A stretch of 64,000 bases of DNA, taken from the sequence record OM728297.1, one strand, 5' to 3'. The notes under the pieces were generated by a model that worked only from the letters and a program-made list of their open reading frames with translations, was not told the origin of the DNA and searched no databases. Shown piece after piece: positions 1 to 10,145 of this stretch (its first letter is position 1; each line of letters begins with the position of its first letter). The position numbers and the translations under genes were made by a program.

Positions 1-50
1 ATTATATTTTTTGATACGGTTAATAATATTATTAATTCATTTTTCAATTA

Positions 51-58
51 TATATTAT
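51..58 (+). promoter_or_regulatory. Putative phage early promoter motif TATATTAT
   Basis: Same octamer precedes several + strand operon starts in this window; resembles the early promoter motif of phiKZ/AR9-type virion RNAP. Confidence 0.45.
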
Positions 59-97
59 AAAGATGTAAGTAAATTTCTAAATAGGAGGATAATTATA

Positions 98-301
98 ATG
101 TCAGAAAAACAGCCAGTAACTATTACTTTTACTGAATTTAGTGAAGAAGATTCAACAAAAACATTACTAGTGGGCGTAACAAGTGATGGAAAAAGAGAAA
201 GTGAGATTTTTAATAGTCTTATTTTTCCTACATTTAACAGAATGAGAGCTGAAAAGAAAATTATTAATAAATTAAAATTTAGAAGAAAGTTTATGCTATA
301 A
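98..301 (+). CDS. Hypothetical protein (67 aa; start moved from 11 to ATG 98)
   Basis: AGGAGG at 83-88 precedes ATG 98. Confidence 0.7.
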   Translation: MSEKQPVTITFTEFSEEDSTKTLLVGVTSDGKRESEIFNSLIFPTFNRMRAEKKIINKLKFRRKFML

Positions 302-407
302 TATAAATATTAATTCTCATTAAAATAAAAGAAATCAACTAATAAATAATTAAGGGTAAAAGGAGAGATACTTTTATTAAAAGGAATTATGGAGAGGGGA
401 AAATCTC

Positions 408-1520
408 TTGAAGAATAATGAATTATATGGTTTAGTAATAGCAGATATTCACTTTGGGAAAAAAGATGATGTTAAATTATATGAGGAATTAAAGAAATAT
501 TTCATAAGTAAAATAGATAAAGAAAAAGAAGATATTGATTACATCATTATATCTGGGGATTTATTTGATAGGATTCTTAGAATGAATGAAATAGGAAGTA
601 CTTTATGTATCAAATTTATTTTAGAATTAGTTGATTTATCATTAAAATATAATTTTAAATTAAGATTACTAAAAGGAACTAAGACACATGATTTCAACCA
701 ATTAAGTAACTTTAAATACATTGAAGCTAAACATTATCCAAGATTCAGAATTATAGAAACAGTTGAAGAGGAAGAAATTTTTCCAGATACATTCTTCTTG
801 TATATGCCTGAAGAATACGTAGAGAACCAAGAAGAATACTATGATAAATATTTTAATCTAGAAGAAGATGCTAAATATGATATGATTTTCTTTCATGGTA
901 CATTTGACTTTGTAGGATTTATCCCAGACATTGAATCTGAAAGACATGTTAAGAATGCACCTGTTTATGATTCAGACAGAATTGCAGATTTAGTATATGG
1001 GAAAGCAATTGGTGGTCATATTCATACTCGTAATATTTACAAAAATAAAATTGAATATACTAGTTCATTTAGTAGATTCTGCTTTGGAGAAGAAAAACCA
1101 AAAGGATTTGTAGAGGTATTTTATAATCAAGAAACATTAGAGTGTAGAACCAAATTTATTGAGAATGAAGATGCTCCTACATACGTCACATTTAATATGG
1201 ATGACATTAAGGGAGATAATTTAGAAGATAAATTAAAAATTATTGGGGAACTAAAGAAAGAGTATGACCATGTTAGAATCATAGCAAAAGACATTAATGA
1301 TGAAGATGTATCAGCCATGAAAAGTTTAGTAAGTCAGGATAGTGATGTTAAGCTTGATATTAAGAGAAAAGATATTGAAGATAAAGTTGACGAAGAATAT
1401 ATGTTTATTATTAATAGAGAGTATGATCTAACAACTACTACTCAAAAATATATTCAGTTAAAATATGGTATTAATCTCACTCTTGATACTATCAATAAAG
1501 CTATTATGGAGGAAAAATAA
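408..1520 (+). CDS. sbcD: SbcD/Mre11-like (T4 gp47-like) recombination nuclease, metallophosphoesterase fold
   Basis: Motifs DIHFG, GDLFD, GTKTHD, FHGTF, GHIH, YTSSFSRFCFGE. Confidence 0.85.
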   Translation: MKNNELYGLVIADIHFGKKDDVKLYEELKKYFISKIDKEKEDIDYIIISGDLFDRILRMNEIGSTLCIKFILELVDLSLKYNFKLRLLKGTKTHDFNQLSNFKYIEAKHYPRFRIIETVEEEEIFPDTFFLYMPEEYVENQEEYYDKYFNLEEDAKYDMIFFHGTFDFVGFIPDIESERHVKNAPVYDSDRIADLVYGKAIGGHIHTRNIYKNKIEYTSSFSRFCFGEEKPKGFVEVFYNQETLECRTKFIENEDAPTYVTFNMDDIKGDNLEDKLKIIGELKKEYDHVRIIAKDINDEDVSAMKSLVSQDSDVKLDIKRKDIEDKVDEEYMFIINREYDLTTTTQKYIQLKYGINLTLDTINKAIMEEK

Positions 1521-1999
1521 TGAAAAAATCTAAAATGAATAAACTGTTAAATGAAATTGAAAAAGAAGGATTATTGATTAAAGGTTTTCATAATGGGATT
1601 CCAAATGATATTGTAGTAAAAAATAAGCATGCGGAAAAGGTAAAATCTAAACACTTTACAGAATACGATTATATTCTTGGTCATGTGCCTCATTCATTAG
1701 AACACATTGGAAATTTAGATTATGAGATTGTATTTATTGCTATTGAAAGCATTGCATTTAAATTAAACAGTGAGATGCAAAAAAGATTACATGACTATGC
1801 TTCTGAATTATTACTAAATAATGAAGAAATTGACGCTAAAGAATTTATTAAGAATGTTAAGAAGTGGAAAATTCCTAGTTATATTAAAACAGGTCTATTT
1901 AGTGAAATTGATAATTGGAAAAAGAGTATTATTGATGAACTTAGGAATATTGTAACGATTCTCCATAAAGAAAAAAATATGATAAGTGAGCAATTGTAA
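1520..1999 (+). CDS. Hypothetical protein
   Basis: 159-aa ORF translationally coupled to upstream gene, GGAGG upstream. Confidence 0.75.
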   Translation: MKKSKMNKLLNEIEKEGLLIKGFHNGIPNDIVVKNKHAEKVKSKHFTEYDYILGHVPHSLEHIGNLDYEIVFIAIESIAFKLNSEMQKRLHDYASELLLNNEEIDAKEFIKNVKKWKIPSYIKTGLFSEIDNWKKSIIDELRNIVTILHKEKNMISEQL

Positions 2000-2000
2000 A

Positions 2001-2549
2001 ATGAAGATAAATAATGATACAACTGTTTGTTTTACTGCTCATAGACCACATCTATTGTATGGGTATAATAAAAAAACCTCTGGTAATCAAAAGATTATCA
2101 GAGGTTTATATAATGAAATTGTTAGACATATTAAAGAATATGGAATAGATACCTTTATAACAGGAATGGCTCTAGGTGGGGATACTTGGGCGGCAGAGAT
2201 AGTTTTAAAACTTAAAAGTGAATATCCGAATATAAAACTAGTATGTGCAATTCCTTGTTTTCGTCAGGAAATAAAATGGAAAGAATATGATCGAATGTTT
2301 TATCATGCTATATTAGATAGAAGTGATTATGTTCACTATGTGTCCAAAAAGGAATATACTAAAAAATGCATGTGGAATAGAGATAAGTGGATGGTTAATA
2401 ATTCTAAATATGTAATAGCAGTATATAATGGCGAACCTTGGACTGGAACTGGACTTACATATAATTATGCTGTTAAAAAGAATAGAATTATTACTAGAAT
2501 AGATCCTTATAAACTAGGAGGTTTCTTTAATGGATACAAAAATTATTGA
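2001..2549 (+). CDS. YpsA/DUF1273-like SLOG-family protein
   Basis: FTAHRP, FITGMALGGDTWAAE, AIPC, RDKWMV, GTGLTYNYA motifs typical of YpsA/SLOG. Confidence 0.8.
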   Translation: MKINNDTTVCFTAHRPHLLYGYNKKTSGNQKIIRGLYNEIVRHIKEYGIDTFITGMALGGDTWAAEIVLKLKSEYPNIKLVCAIPCFRQEIKWKEYDRMFYHAILDRSDYVHYVSKKEYTKKCMWNRDKWMVNNSKYVIAVYNGEPWTGTGLTYNYAVKKNRIITRIDPYKLGGFFNGYKNY

Positions 2550-3222
2550 TAAGATTAAAAAAGCGCTTGCATTAGCCAATGATGCTCCAAATGACGAAGA
2601 GGCACAAGCCGCAATGCTTGCAGTACAAAGATTAATGGTAAAACATAATATTTCCATGAAAGATGTAGAATTAAAAGATAATTCTGAGAAGAAAGTAGTG
2701 CAAGATGATAAAGTAATTGAACCTACAGGTAGAATTTCTTGGTGGAAAAAACAATTATCTGCTATTATAGCTAAGAATTTTAAGTGTGAAGCATTGATAT
2801 CAAAATATGCAAAAAATAAATCATCTATAACATTTCTAGGTTTAGAGGAAGATGTTATTATTGCTAAAAGTGTATTTCAATATGCAGAAAAAGTTATTGA
2901 TAAATTTGCTAAGAGTTATGTTGGAAAAGTATATAGGTCAGGTAAAAGTACTGTAGGTGTTAGAAATATATTTATCAATGGTTTCTTAGTAGGTTTAAAT
3001 GAAAAATTTGAAGAACAAAAGAATGAAAATAATTGGGGATTAGTTCTAGTAAAAGATTCTCTAGTAGTTCAAACACTTGAGAAGATGAATTTAAGGAAAC
3101 ATTCAAGTTCTGGTATTAAACCTAAGTTTGCTAATGATAGCGAAGCATGGGAAGCTGGAAATAAAAAAGGTAAGAGTTTTGCAGATACACAAAAAAGAAA
3201 AGGAATTGAGAGTAATGAGTAA
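2530..3222 (+). CDS. DUF2786-domain protein
   Basis: N-terminal IIDKIKKALALA-x5-EEAQAAM-x3-QRLMVKHNI signature. Confidence 0.75.
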   Translation: MDTKIIDKIKKALALANDAPNDEEAQAAMLAVQRLMVKHNISMKDVELKDNSEKKVVQDDKVIEPTGRISWWKKQLSAIIAKNFKCEALISKYAKNKSSITFLGLEEDVIIAKSVFQYAEKVIDKFAKSYVGKVYRSGKSTVGVRNIFINGFLVGLNEKFEEQKNENNWGLVLVKDSLVVQTLEKMNLRKHSSSGIKPKFANDSEAWEAGNKKGKSFADTQKRKGIESNE

Positions 3223-3484
3223 AGAAGAAATACTTCAACTTGTAGCTAGAGATACATTAAATATCTATAAGGGTAATAACCCTAATTATGCTTTGAAGAT
3301 AGTTACTAAGAATGTTGTAACTCATATTCTATTAATTAATAAAGAAACGGCAGAAATATATAGAGAATTCTTAACGAATTCAGGAATGATCACATCACTT
3401 ATTGATCTTAGTGAATATAATTGGGAAGATAATCCGAATAATTATACTATGAGCCAACCAATACAATTAAATAATTTAGGTTAA
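3215..3484 (+). CDS. Hypothetical protein (89 aa; ATG 3215)
   Basis: ORF overlapping the upstream stop; the track start at 3128 lies deep inside the previous gene. Confidence 0.6.
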   Translation: MSKEEILQLVARDTLNIYKGNNPNYALKIVTKNVVTHILLINKETAEIYREFLTNSGMITSLIDLSEYNWEDNPNNYTMSQPIQLNNLG

Positions 3485-3581
3485 TATTCCTATCAAATTT
3501 TATTATCAGAAATAAAAAAGAGAAAATAACAACAGATGAACATACAAGTGTATAACACCGAGCGTAGAGGAGAATGGTAGG

Positions 3582-4323
3582 ATGTATTTCAAGAAGAAAA
3601 GTGGTAAAAAGAAAGATATAGAAGTTGTTGAACTCCCTATTAATATAGAGATGTTTGATTCTATTATTCAATATACATTGTCTGATAACCCATTAATTAC
3701 TAAGAAATCTCTTATCAATTTAAGAAAATTAATTAATTTTATTGATATCAGATCCTATAGTGAAGATTTTTCAAGAATGTTAAGAATAGAATTACTCAAG
3801 AAGATTTTAGAAGGGGAATTGGATCAAAATATTTATAGAGATGCACTTCTTAAAGAATATTGCATAAAAGAATTACCTCATTACTCAAAGGATTTACTTG
3901 AATTATTTGAGTCTGGTTATTTTGATGAACCTCTATCTAATGATGATATTACGTTTATTAATAAATTTGTAGAAGAAAATTTAACGTATATCCATCTAAG
4001 AAGACATTCACCTGACTTAGAAATGGCTTTACAGCAATTAAGAGCTAGTGATTCTAGTAATCTTCGGTCGATTAATAATACATTAGAGAGAATTGTTGGG
4101 GAATTAAATAAAGATATTAAATCTGCCAAGGCTGTTAATCAATATGCCGCAATGGATTTTAATATTAACGGAAATACTGCTGATTCAGTAGTAAGAGCAA
4201 CTATTGAGGAATATAAGAAACCAAATAACCATTTGAAATTAGGTATTAAAAATTTTAATAAGATGCTTGATGGTGGGGCTGAGAATGGTCGAGTTTATTT
4301 AATCTTTGGTCTGCCTAAAGGGT
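3582..4323 (+). CDS. dnaB: Replicative SF4/DnaB-like helicase, exon 1
   Basis: Frame ends at GRVYLIFGLPKG; joining T4323 to 5290 restores the Walker A GLPKGFKSG; spliced product 561 aa. Confidence 0.85.
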
Positions 4324-5289
4324 TGATTTGAGCCCCTTCATACAGTAATGTATGTCGAAAACCTCTTTAACTGCTGGAAGTTCCAATTTATTAATTGGAT
4401 AATCAGCATCGAAGCATTAATTATCATACTCCATAATAACAATTAAGGAGTTGTTTTTATGGAAAAGGAAATATGGAAAGATATATCCAATTATGAAGGT
4501 TATTATAAAGTAAGTAACTTTGGTCGTATAAAAAGTTTAGAAAGAACTATTATACAAACTAATGGTCATCCAATGACAATAAAAGAAAAAATAATGAATG
4601 GTCATTTTCATAAGGATGGTTATAAACAAGTAGAATTAAGGAAAGATAATAAAAGAAAGACTTTCTTTATTCATAGACTTGTAGCCGAAACTTTTATAAA
4701 TGAAAAAAGAGATGATCAAGATCAAGTAAATCACAAGAATGGTAAGAAGGATGATAATCACTATTTAAATTTAGAATGGTGTACTGGGAAGGAAAATGTA
4801 ATACACTCTCATGAAAATAATCTAATAAATAAAGATGAAGAATATTATTTAAGATTAAATGAACATGCTAGAAAAATGAGAGAGAAAAGAAGGAAAAAAG
4901 TATTACAAATTCACCCAGAAGATAATAGTATTATCAAAGAATTTAATTCTTTATCAGAAGCCGCTAAATTTCATAATGGTGATCCTTCATTCTTATCTAA
5001 AGTATTAAAAGGAAAGAGAAAAACCTTCAAAGGATTTAAATGGAGATATGATAATTAATGAACGTTCAACGACTATCCGAAAGCAATCTTAAGATTGTGA
5101 GTAGCCTTGAAATAGGCAATAGGAGTACGGCTCAAGCGATTGGAGTGGGTGAGAATCCCTTAAATGGAAATGGGAGGTATCCTATTAATTAATAGGATAA
5201 TGATATAGTCTCGACTTCTACGTATATATAAAGGTAGAGCAGTTCATAAGAGAACGCAGTAGATGTAGCGAATCTACTGGAAGACACCG
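4324..5289 (+). mobile_element. Group I intron (966 nt) in helicase gene
   Basis: Exon ends in U and intron ends in G; P1 GGGU/GCCC(4332-4335); P element AACUGCUGGAAG; Q element AAUCAGCA; P7 GACUA(5071-5075)/UAGUC(5206-5210); 3' P9 hairpins. Confidence 0.9.
4459..5058 (+). CDS. Intron-encoded NUMOD4-HNH homing endonuclease
   Basis: EIWKDI..YEGYYKVSNFGRIKS (NUMOD4), HRLVAETF..VNHKNG.K.DN...NLEWCT..EN (HNH), C-terminal NUMOD1-like HTH. Confidence 0.92.
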   Translation: MEKEIWKDISNYEGYYKVSNFGRIKSLERTIIQTNGHPMTIKEKIMNGHFHKDGYKQVELRKDNKRKTFFIHRLVAETFINEKRDDQDQVNHKNGKKDDNHYLNLEWCTGKENVIHSHENNLINKDEEYYLRLNEHARKMREKRRKKVLQIHPEDNSIIKEFNSLSEAAKFHNGDPSFLSKVLKGKRKTFKGFKWRYDN

Positions 5290-6233
5290 TTAAATCCGGG
5301 ACTTTATTAAACATCGCAATATGGGTTTGTAAATATAATAGAGAGATTGTTACAAAAGATAAAACTAAAAAACCATGTGTTTTATATGTAACGCAAGAAA
5401 ATAGTATTCGAGAAACTCTTCAAAGAATATTTGTTCATAGTACTGGTAGTAATATTGAGAACTATACTGAAGAAGAAGCTCTACGAATTATTAGAGAAGA
5501 AGTGATCGGTGTAGATGAAAATGGTGAAGCGCCTATTGATCTCTTTATTAAATACCGTCCTAATAAATCAATTAGTACTTCTGATTTAGATACTATGTGT
5601 GATGATTTAGAATTAGAAGGATATGAAGTAGTTTGTCTTATTCAAGATTATACTAAGCGTATTAGATCATCAAGCTATAATCCTTCTGATCTTAGACTTG
5701 AACTCGGTTCGGTGGTTGATGATTTTACCGTTATTGCTAAGACTAGAAATATTCCTGTTATTTCAGCTGGACAGTTGAATAGGGAAGCATATCGTATACT
5801 AGAAACTTCATTAGAAAAAGGTAAAAGCAATATTGGTAAGAATCTGAATGCATCACATATTGGAGAATCTGCTTTAATGCTGGAAAATACTGATTATGGC
5901 GTAATTGTTAATAAAGAGGAATTTGAAGGTGTTGAGTACCTTACATTTAAATTGATAGCATCTCGTGCTAAGAAACCATCAATAACTTATTTTGCACATC
6001 CATTTGAAAAAGGTAATGGATTACGATTAATAGATGATATTCATTTAGCAAAATCATTATCAGAAGATAAAATTGGTGGAGATAAATTTAAAGAGTTTAA
6101 TCCTAATAAGGCAAGGGAAAATAAGGGATCATTCTTTAATAATAACAATGTCAATCAGCCAGAATTTCCTCCGGTAGATTTAAAAGTTGAAGCAAATAAT
6201 GGTATTGAAAAGGATAGTGGAATTCCATTCTAA
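5290..6233 (+). CDS. dnaB: Replicative SF4/DnaB-like helicase, exon 2
   Basis: Open frame from 5290: KSGTLLNIA..LYVTQENS..IQDYTKRI (Walker B region)..SAGQLNR. Confidence 0.85.
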
Positions 6234-6243
6234 AGGAGAAAAT

Positions 6244-6954
6244 ATGTCACTACTACCTAAAATATTTCTTAAAATATCTATTCTTATACCTCTTTTAACT
6301 TCATCAATAGTAAGTACTGAAACTGTGTTAACTAAGTATTTTCCCAATTTGAGTATTAATACTCAAATTGGGATATTTATAATTAACGTTATATTATCCA
6401 TGACTGTAAATATTTTAATATTGGAAGAATATGTTAAAAAAAGATTAAAGGAGGAAATAAAAATGAATCAGAAAAAAAGAGATAAAATCCTTGATGATAT
6501 TAAAGAACTAGTAACAGATGAAAAAATTTTGCAAGAAGAAAATGAGACTCTAAGAGATCTAAAAACTTTTTCTAAATTTCATAGTGAAATGATGAGTCGT
6601 TTTCATAGCGAATATATTGATTTAGATAAACCTCATAGAAAGCATGAGAATGTTATAGATTTTATTGAAGAATTTACTAACGATTATTTTAAATATCCAT
6701 ATGAAAGACCAATTATGCCAGAAAAAATATATGTAGAAGTTTTAGAAGATATTTTTGATTATGATGATGAAATAGCATTTAAAAAAGGAGAGAAATATAC
6801 AGCATGGGCTAATACAACTAGTAGGCAATATATACTTAAAGTAGATGACATTCAAATGCCTATAGGTGAATATGCTTCTGATCAAGAAGTTATTATATAT
6901 TATAAAGATAAATTGAAGTTAGATGGTATTTCACAAAATGGATTTGCATTTTAA
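6244..6954 (+). CDS. Hypothetical protein with hydrophobic N-terminus; possible second in-frame start at 6463
   Basis: AAGGAG before ATG 6244; AAGGAGG before in-frame ATG 6463. Confidence 0.65.
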   Translation: MSLLPKIFLKISILIPLLTSSIVSTETVLTKYFPNLSINTQIGIFIINVILSMTVNILILEEYVKKRLKEEIKMNQKKRDKILDDIKELVTDEKILQEENETLRDLKTFSKFHSEMMSRFHSEYIDLDKPHRKHENVIDFIEEFTNDYFKYPYERPIMPEKIYVEVLEDIFDYDDEIAFKKGEKYTAWANTTSRQYILKVDDIQMPIGEYASDQEVIIYYKDKLKLDGISQNGFAF

Positions 6955-6955
6955 C

Positions 6956-7000
6956 AAAATAACCATAGACATAATTATGTCTATGGTTATTTTTTTTTTT
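6956..7000. terminator. Bidirectional terminator; 38-bp perfect palindrome (6956-6993) plus T-run
   Basis: aaaataaccatagacataa|ttatgtctatggttatttt between convergent genes. Confidence 0.8.
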
Positions 7001-9546
7001 CAATAAGAAATTTCAATATCTGTATATTCAACATCTGATTGATCAAAGATACTGAATCCAAAACTACCTTCCAATAATGGAGAATCAGTATCAGTAAAAT
7101 CTACAATTGGATATCCACCAACTCTGTCATAAACTCTAATTCTATTATGGTACATCATAATAAAAATACAATTATTTTCATCACTTAGATAAGTCTGTTC
7201 AGTAGTTGATAATAATTTTCCTCTTACTTTATGCAATCCATCTGACGAAATATCTATCTCAGAATATTTAGGAGAGATTTTATATAAACCAGATAACATA
7301 GGATAAACTATTCCTTTGTCTATATTTTTTCTTCTTATAGTATATAGATAATATTCATCCTCACCTTGCATTCTAAAGATTACTCCTAGATTTCCTTGAT
7401 GATATTTACTTCCTTTTACCATAACTTTTAAACGATAATCAGATAAACCTCTATCATCGCCAGTAAAATAATAATTATTTAGACCTGAAGAATAATCATT
7501 TAAAATAACACTATTAGTTGTTCCTTTCCAATCAGTGGAAGAAGGAATTAAAATAGATCCTTTATTATCTACTAATCCCCAGTCTGGATTATTATATTTA
7601 TCTGGTAATGATTTTATATTAAAGAATGCTTTTCCATTTCCATTAAAATGTTTATATACAACTAATAGATCTACAATCTCTTCCTTAGTAGCAATAATAT
7701 CTTTAGTATAAATATCATCAATACCAGATGATTTCTCAAGAATTAGTTCATCGTTCATATAAATTTGTATAACATCATCTCTATTTCCCTGAATCATATA
7801 TTTAGTATTTGGAACTAATTTTAATTTAGAATATTGTCTAATTGTATAATTTATTCCTTGTGGGATGAAACCATTAATTGGATTTATATCATCATAAGAA
7901 AAATTATTATCATTTAAATATTCTTGAGTAAAAATAAACTCTTCATTAATGTCATAAAAAACATTTAAAATGGTATTCTTTTGTTCATTTTTACTTAAAT
8001 TGCCATCAGGAGAAAATGCAAATGAAGATTCATTAATATTTTTATATTGTGTATCATTTGAGCCTTTAAATAATAATTGTAGATAAGATGACGGTTGCTC
8101 AATCATATCATACTGAAGTTTAAATTTATGCCATCTATTTCCTGATAACTTAATCTTTGCTGAATCATATAAAACAGGTTGGACTTTTAGTTGAGAAATA
8201 TTCACTTCACCATTCAATAGTTCATTATATATTGGTTTTCTCTCAACTGGGAAATCAATAGTGACATTTTTAAGTGTCTTACCTTTAATAAATGTAACAA
8301 TTATAACAGAGTCTGTAAAATTAGCATTATTATTAAAATAAGCATACTCTTTATTATTTTCAAATATAATTTTAGTATTATCTGTATATTCAACTGTTAC
8401 TGATGCACCTGAAAATAATAAGTTTCCATTATCAATTGATTTATAAGTTGTTGTAATAGCTAGATCTCTATATGTCTTAATTAATGAAACATCAAGATTA
8501 ACTTTAGCAATATTAGAACCCTTTTCTTGTTTTTCATATACTTTTTTTAGAATATTTTTACCTTCATTGTCCTTGATTAACTCTCCATCCAATACATCCC
8601 AACCATCAGTACTACCAGTTTTGAAATCTGAATTTTTTGTTTGTGTTTCAAAAATATTCTCATTAATTGTAAAATTTTCACCAAGAGTATTGATTACTTG
8701 TTTATCATCAATATTTAATTTACAGTTACCCATTACAATGGGTTTAAACTCATATTCATCTTCATTATCAATAAAAATATAACCTTCAAAGAGTTGTCGA
8801 TAATTTTTTCCAAAACTTATAGGAAAACCTGTATCACAATTATCGTCCAATCTTAATTTATTAGACACAATTGTATTGGTTAACATTGCATATTTACCAG
8901 TATTATCTGTTATCTTATAGATTTTCTTTAATAATTTACCTCTCATAATTGGAGAATATATATCTTTAAAATTATTAACAAAGTCTGTAATAGTAGTAAG
9001 TTTCTTTGGTTTTTCAGGTGGATTTAATGGGCTAATCTTTTTATCATATCGACTTGATAAAATTCTTTTACTTGGTTGATTTAAATCTCTGACAGTCTCT
9101 CTTTCCAATACTGTTGGATTAGACATATTATTTATTGAATTTTTTTCTTTTTCAATAATATCATTAAACACACTTAAATAAGATGGATCAAATATAATAA
9201 TATTATTTTTATTAAATTCATCAGGACGAGTCATATTATTAATAAATAACAATAAGTACCATAGATCAGTTGTTTCATACAATAAATAGCTTATATATTC
9301 CGGTCTATAAAAGTATTTATCTTCAATAGTATATGTCATATAATACTGCTTGAAAATATGTTCATATTTTCTTAAAAAATTCATTCCAAATTTAATCTTA
9401 TTATCAAATACATAATAACTGCTGATGTTATCAAGGGTAATTTTATTACCCTTGGAATGCGTAATAGAAGTTCTCATGTCAGCGGCAGAACTACTGTTTA
9501 TTGAATTATCATCCATTAGAATTAGTAAGTCATTATCTACTATCAT
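7000..9546 (-). CDS. Baseplate wedge (T4 gp53/LysM-like) protein extended with PA14-like and lectin-like domains
   Basis: YFYRPEYISYLLYETTDLWYLLLFINNM (gp53/LysM-like); two PA14-like segments; C-terminal GVIFRMQ..YYLY..GSFGF beta-sandwich. Confidence 0.6.
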   Translation of the reverse strand: MIVDNDLLILMDDNSINSSSAADMRTSITHSKGNKITLDNISSYYVFDNKIKFGMNFLRKYEHIFKQYYMTYTIEDKYFYRPEYISYLLYETTDLWYLLLFINNMTRPDEFNKNNIIIFDPSYLSVFNDIIEKEKNSINNMSNPTVLERETVRDLNQPSKRILSSRYDKKISPLNPPEKPKKLTTITDFVNNFKDIYSPIMRGKLLKKIYKITDNTGKYAMLTNTIVSNKLRLDDNCDTGFPISFGKNYRQLFEGYIFIDNEDEYEFKPIVMGNCKLNIDDKQVINTLGENFTINENIFETQTKNSDFKTGSTDGWDVLDGELIKDNEGKNILKKVYEKQEKGSNIAKVNLDVSLIKTYRDLAITTTYKSIDNGNLLFSGASVTVEYTDNTKIIFENNKEYAYFNNNANFTDSVIIVTFIKGKTLKNVTIDFPVERKPIYNELLNGEVNISQLKVQPVLYDSAKIKLSGNRWHKFKLQYDMIEQPSSYLQLLFKGSNDTQYKNINESSFAFSPDGNLSKNEQKNTILNVFYDINEEFIFTQEYLNDNNFSYDDINPINGFIPQGINYTIRQYSKLKLVPNTKYMIQGNRDDVIQIYMNDELILEKSSGIDDIYTKDIIATKEEIVDLLVVYKHFNGNGKAFFNIKSLPDKYNNPDWGLVDNKGSILIPSSTDWKGTTNSVILNDYSSGLNNYYFTGDDRGLSDYRLKVMVKGSKYHQGNLGVIFRMQGEDEYYLYTIRRKNIDKGIVYPMLSGLYKISPKYSEIDISSDGLHKVRGKLLSTTEQTYLSDENNCIFIMMYHNRIRVYDRVGGYPIVDFTDTDSPLLEGSFGFSIFDQSDVEYTDIEISY

Positions 9547-9557
9547 TAATTACACCT

Positions 9558-10130
9558 CTATTTCTTTTTGTATTTGTCAATATTGCTTTTAATTGTTTGA
9601 AAGTCAAAATATTTTGCTTTCACATACTTATATTCAAGTGTTGAATATTTTAAGTTTTCTTCCCATGATTCTTCAAGACAATCATCTATATATTTTACTC
9701 TAGTAAAATCTAACTCATAAGTCCTTAGAAGAGGTGTAATGACTTTATCACATAGATGTTCAGCTAGTCTATTTTCAATAGTATTGACTGAAAAATCATC
9801 CCCAATAACAATCAATATACTATTTAAATACTTATACTCAATAACTCCTGCTGATACTAAATCCTCAATAAAATAACTAGGTTGAAAATCTGCAATTCCT
9901 TTAAATACTGCATAATCTCTATCTAAATATTCTTCAAAATAATGGCAAGGCAATGCTGGTTTCTTTAAGTCCTCAATAAAATATTTTTGCCAAATTCCCC
10001 AAGTATACTTATTAGTACTTTGGATTACAGAGGGATCAATATAAACTTTTTCCATTAAATTTCTTGCATGAGTTATAATAATATATTCAGTTTTACGTCT
10101 AAATCTCCTATAGTTACGAATAATATACAC
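9558..10130 (-). CDS. Putative amidase_2/PGRP-fold-like structural-operon protein
   Basis: GTG start after GGAGG; YIIITH..CHYF..GI..NSILIVIGDDFS pattern loosely resembles Zn-amidase fold. Confidence 0.4.
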   Translation of the reverse strand: MYIIRNYRRFRRKTEYIIITHARNLMEKVYIDPSVIQSTNKYTWGIWQKYFIEDLKKPALPCHYFEEYLDRDYAVFKGIADFQPSYFIEDLVSAGVIEYKYLNSILIVIGDDFSVNTIENRLAEHLCDKVITPLLRTYELDFTRVKYIDDCLEESWEENLKYSTLEYKYVKAKYFDFQTIKSNIDKYKKK

Positions 10131-10145
10131 TTAGATATCCTCCTA

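Noticed and set aside
408-1520. Missing SbcC/Rad50 partner as an anomaly
   Set aside because: The partner may lie outside the window; large phages often unlink these genes
5502-6233. Track ORF as an independent 243-aa gene
   Set aside because: It is the 3' part of helicase exon 2; the frame is open from 5290 and there is no SD at the GTG
6990-7000. Long T homopolymers (also near 15860, 49760, 63392) as slippage sites
   Set aside because: They are U-tracts of bidirectional terminators
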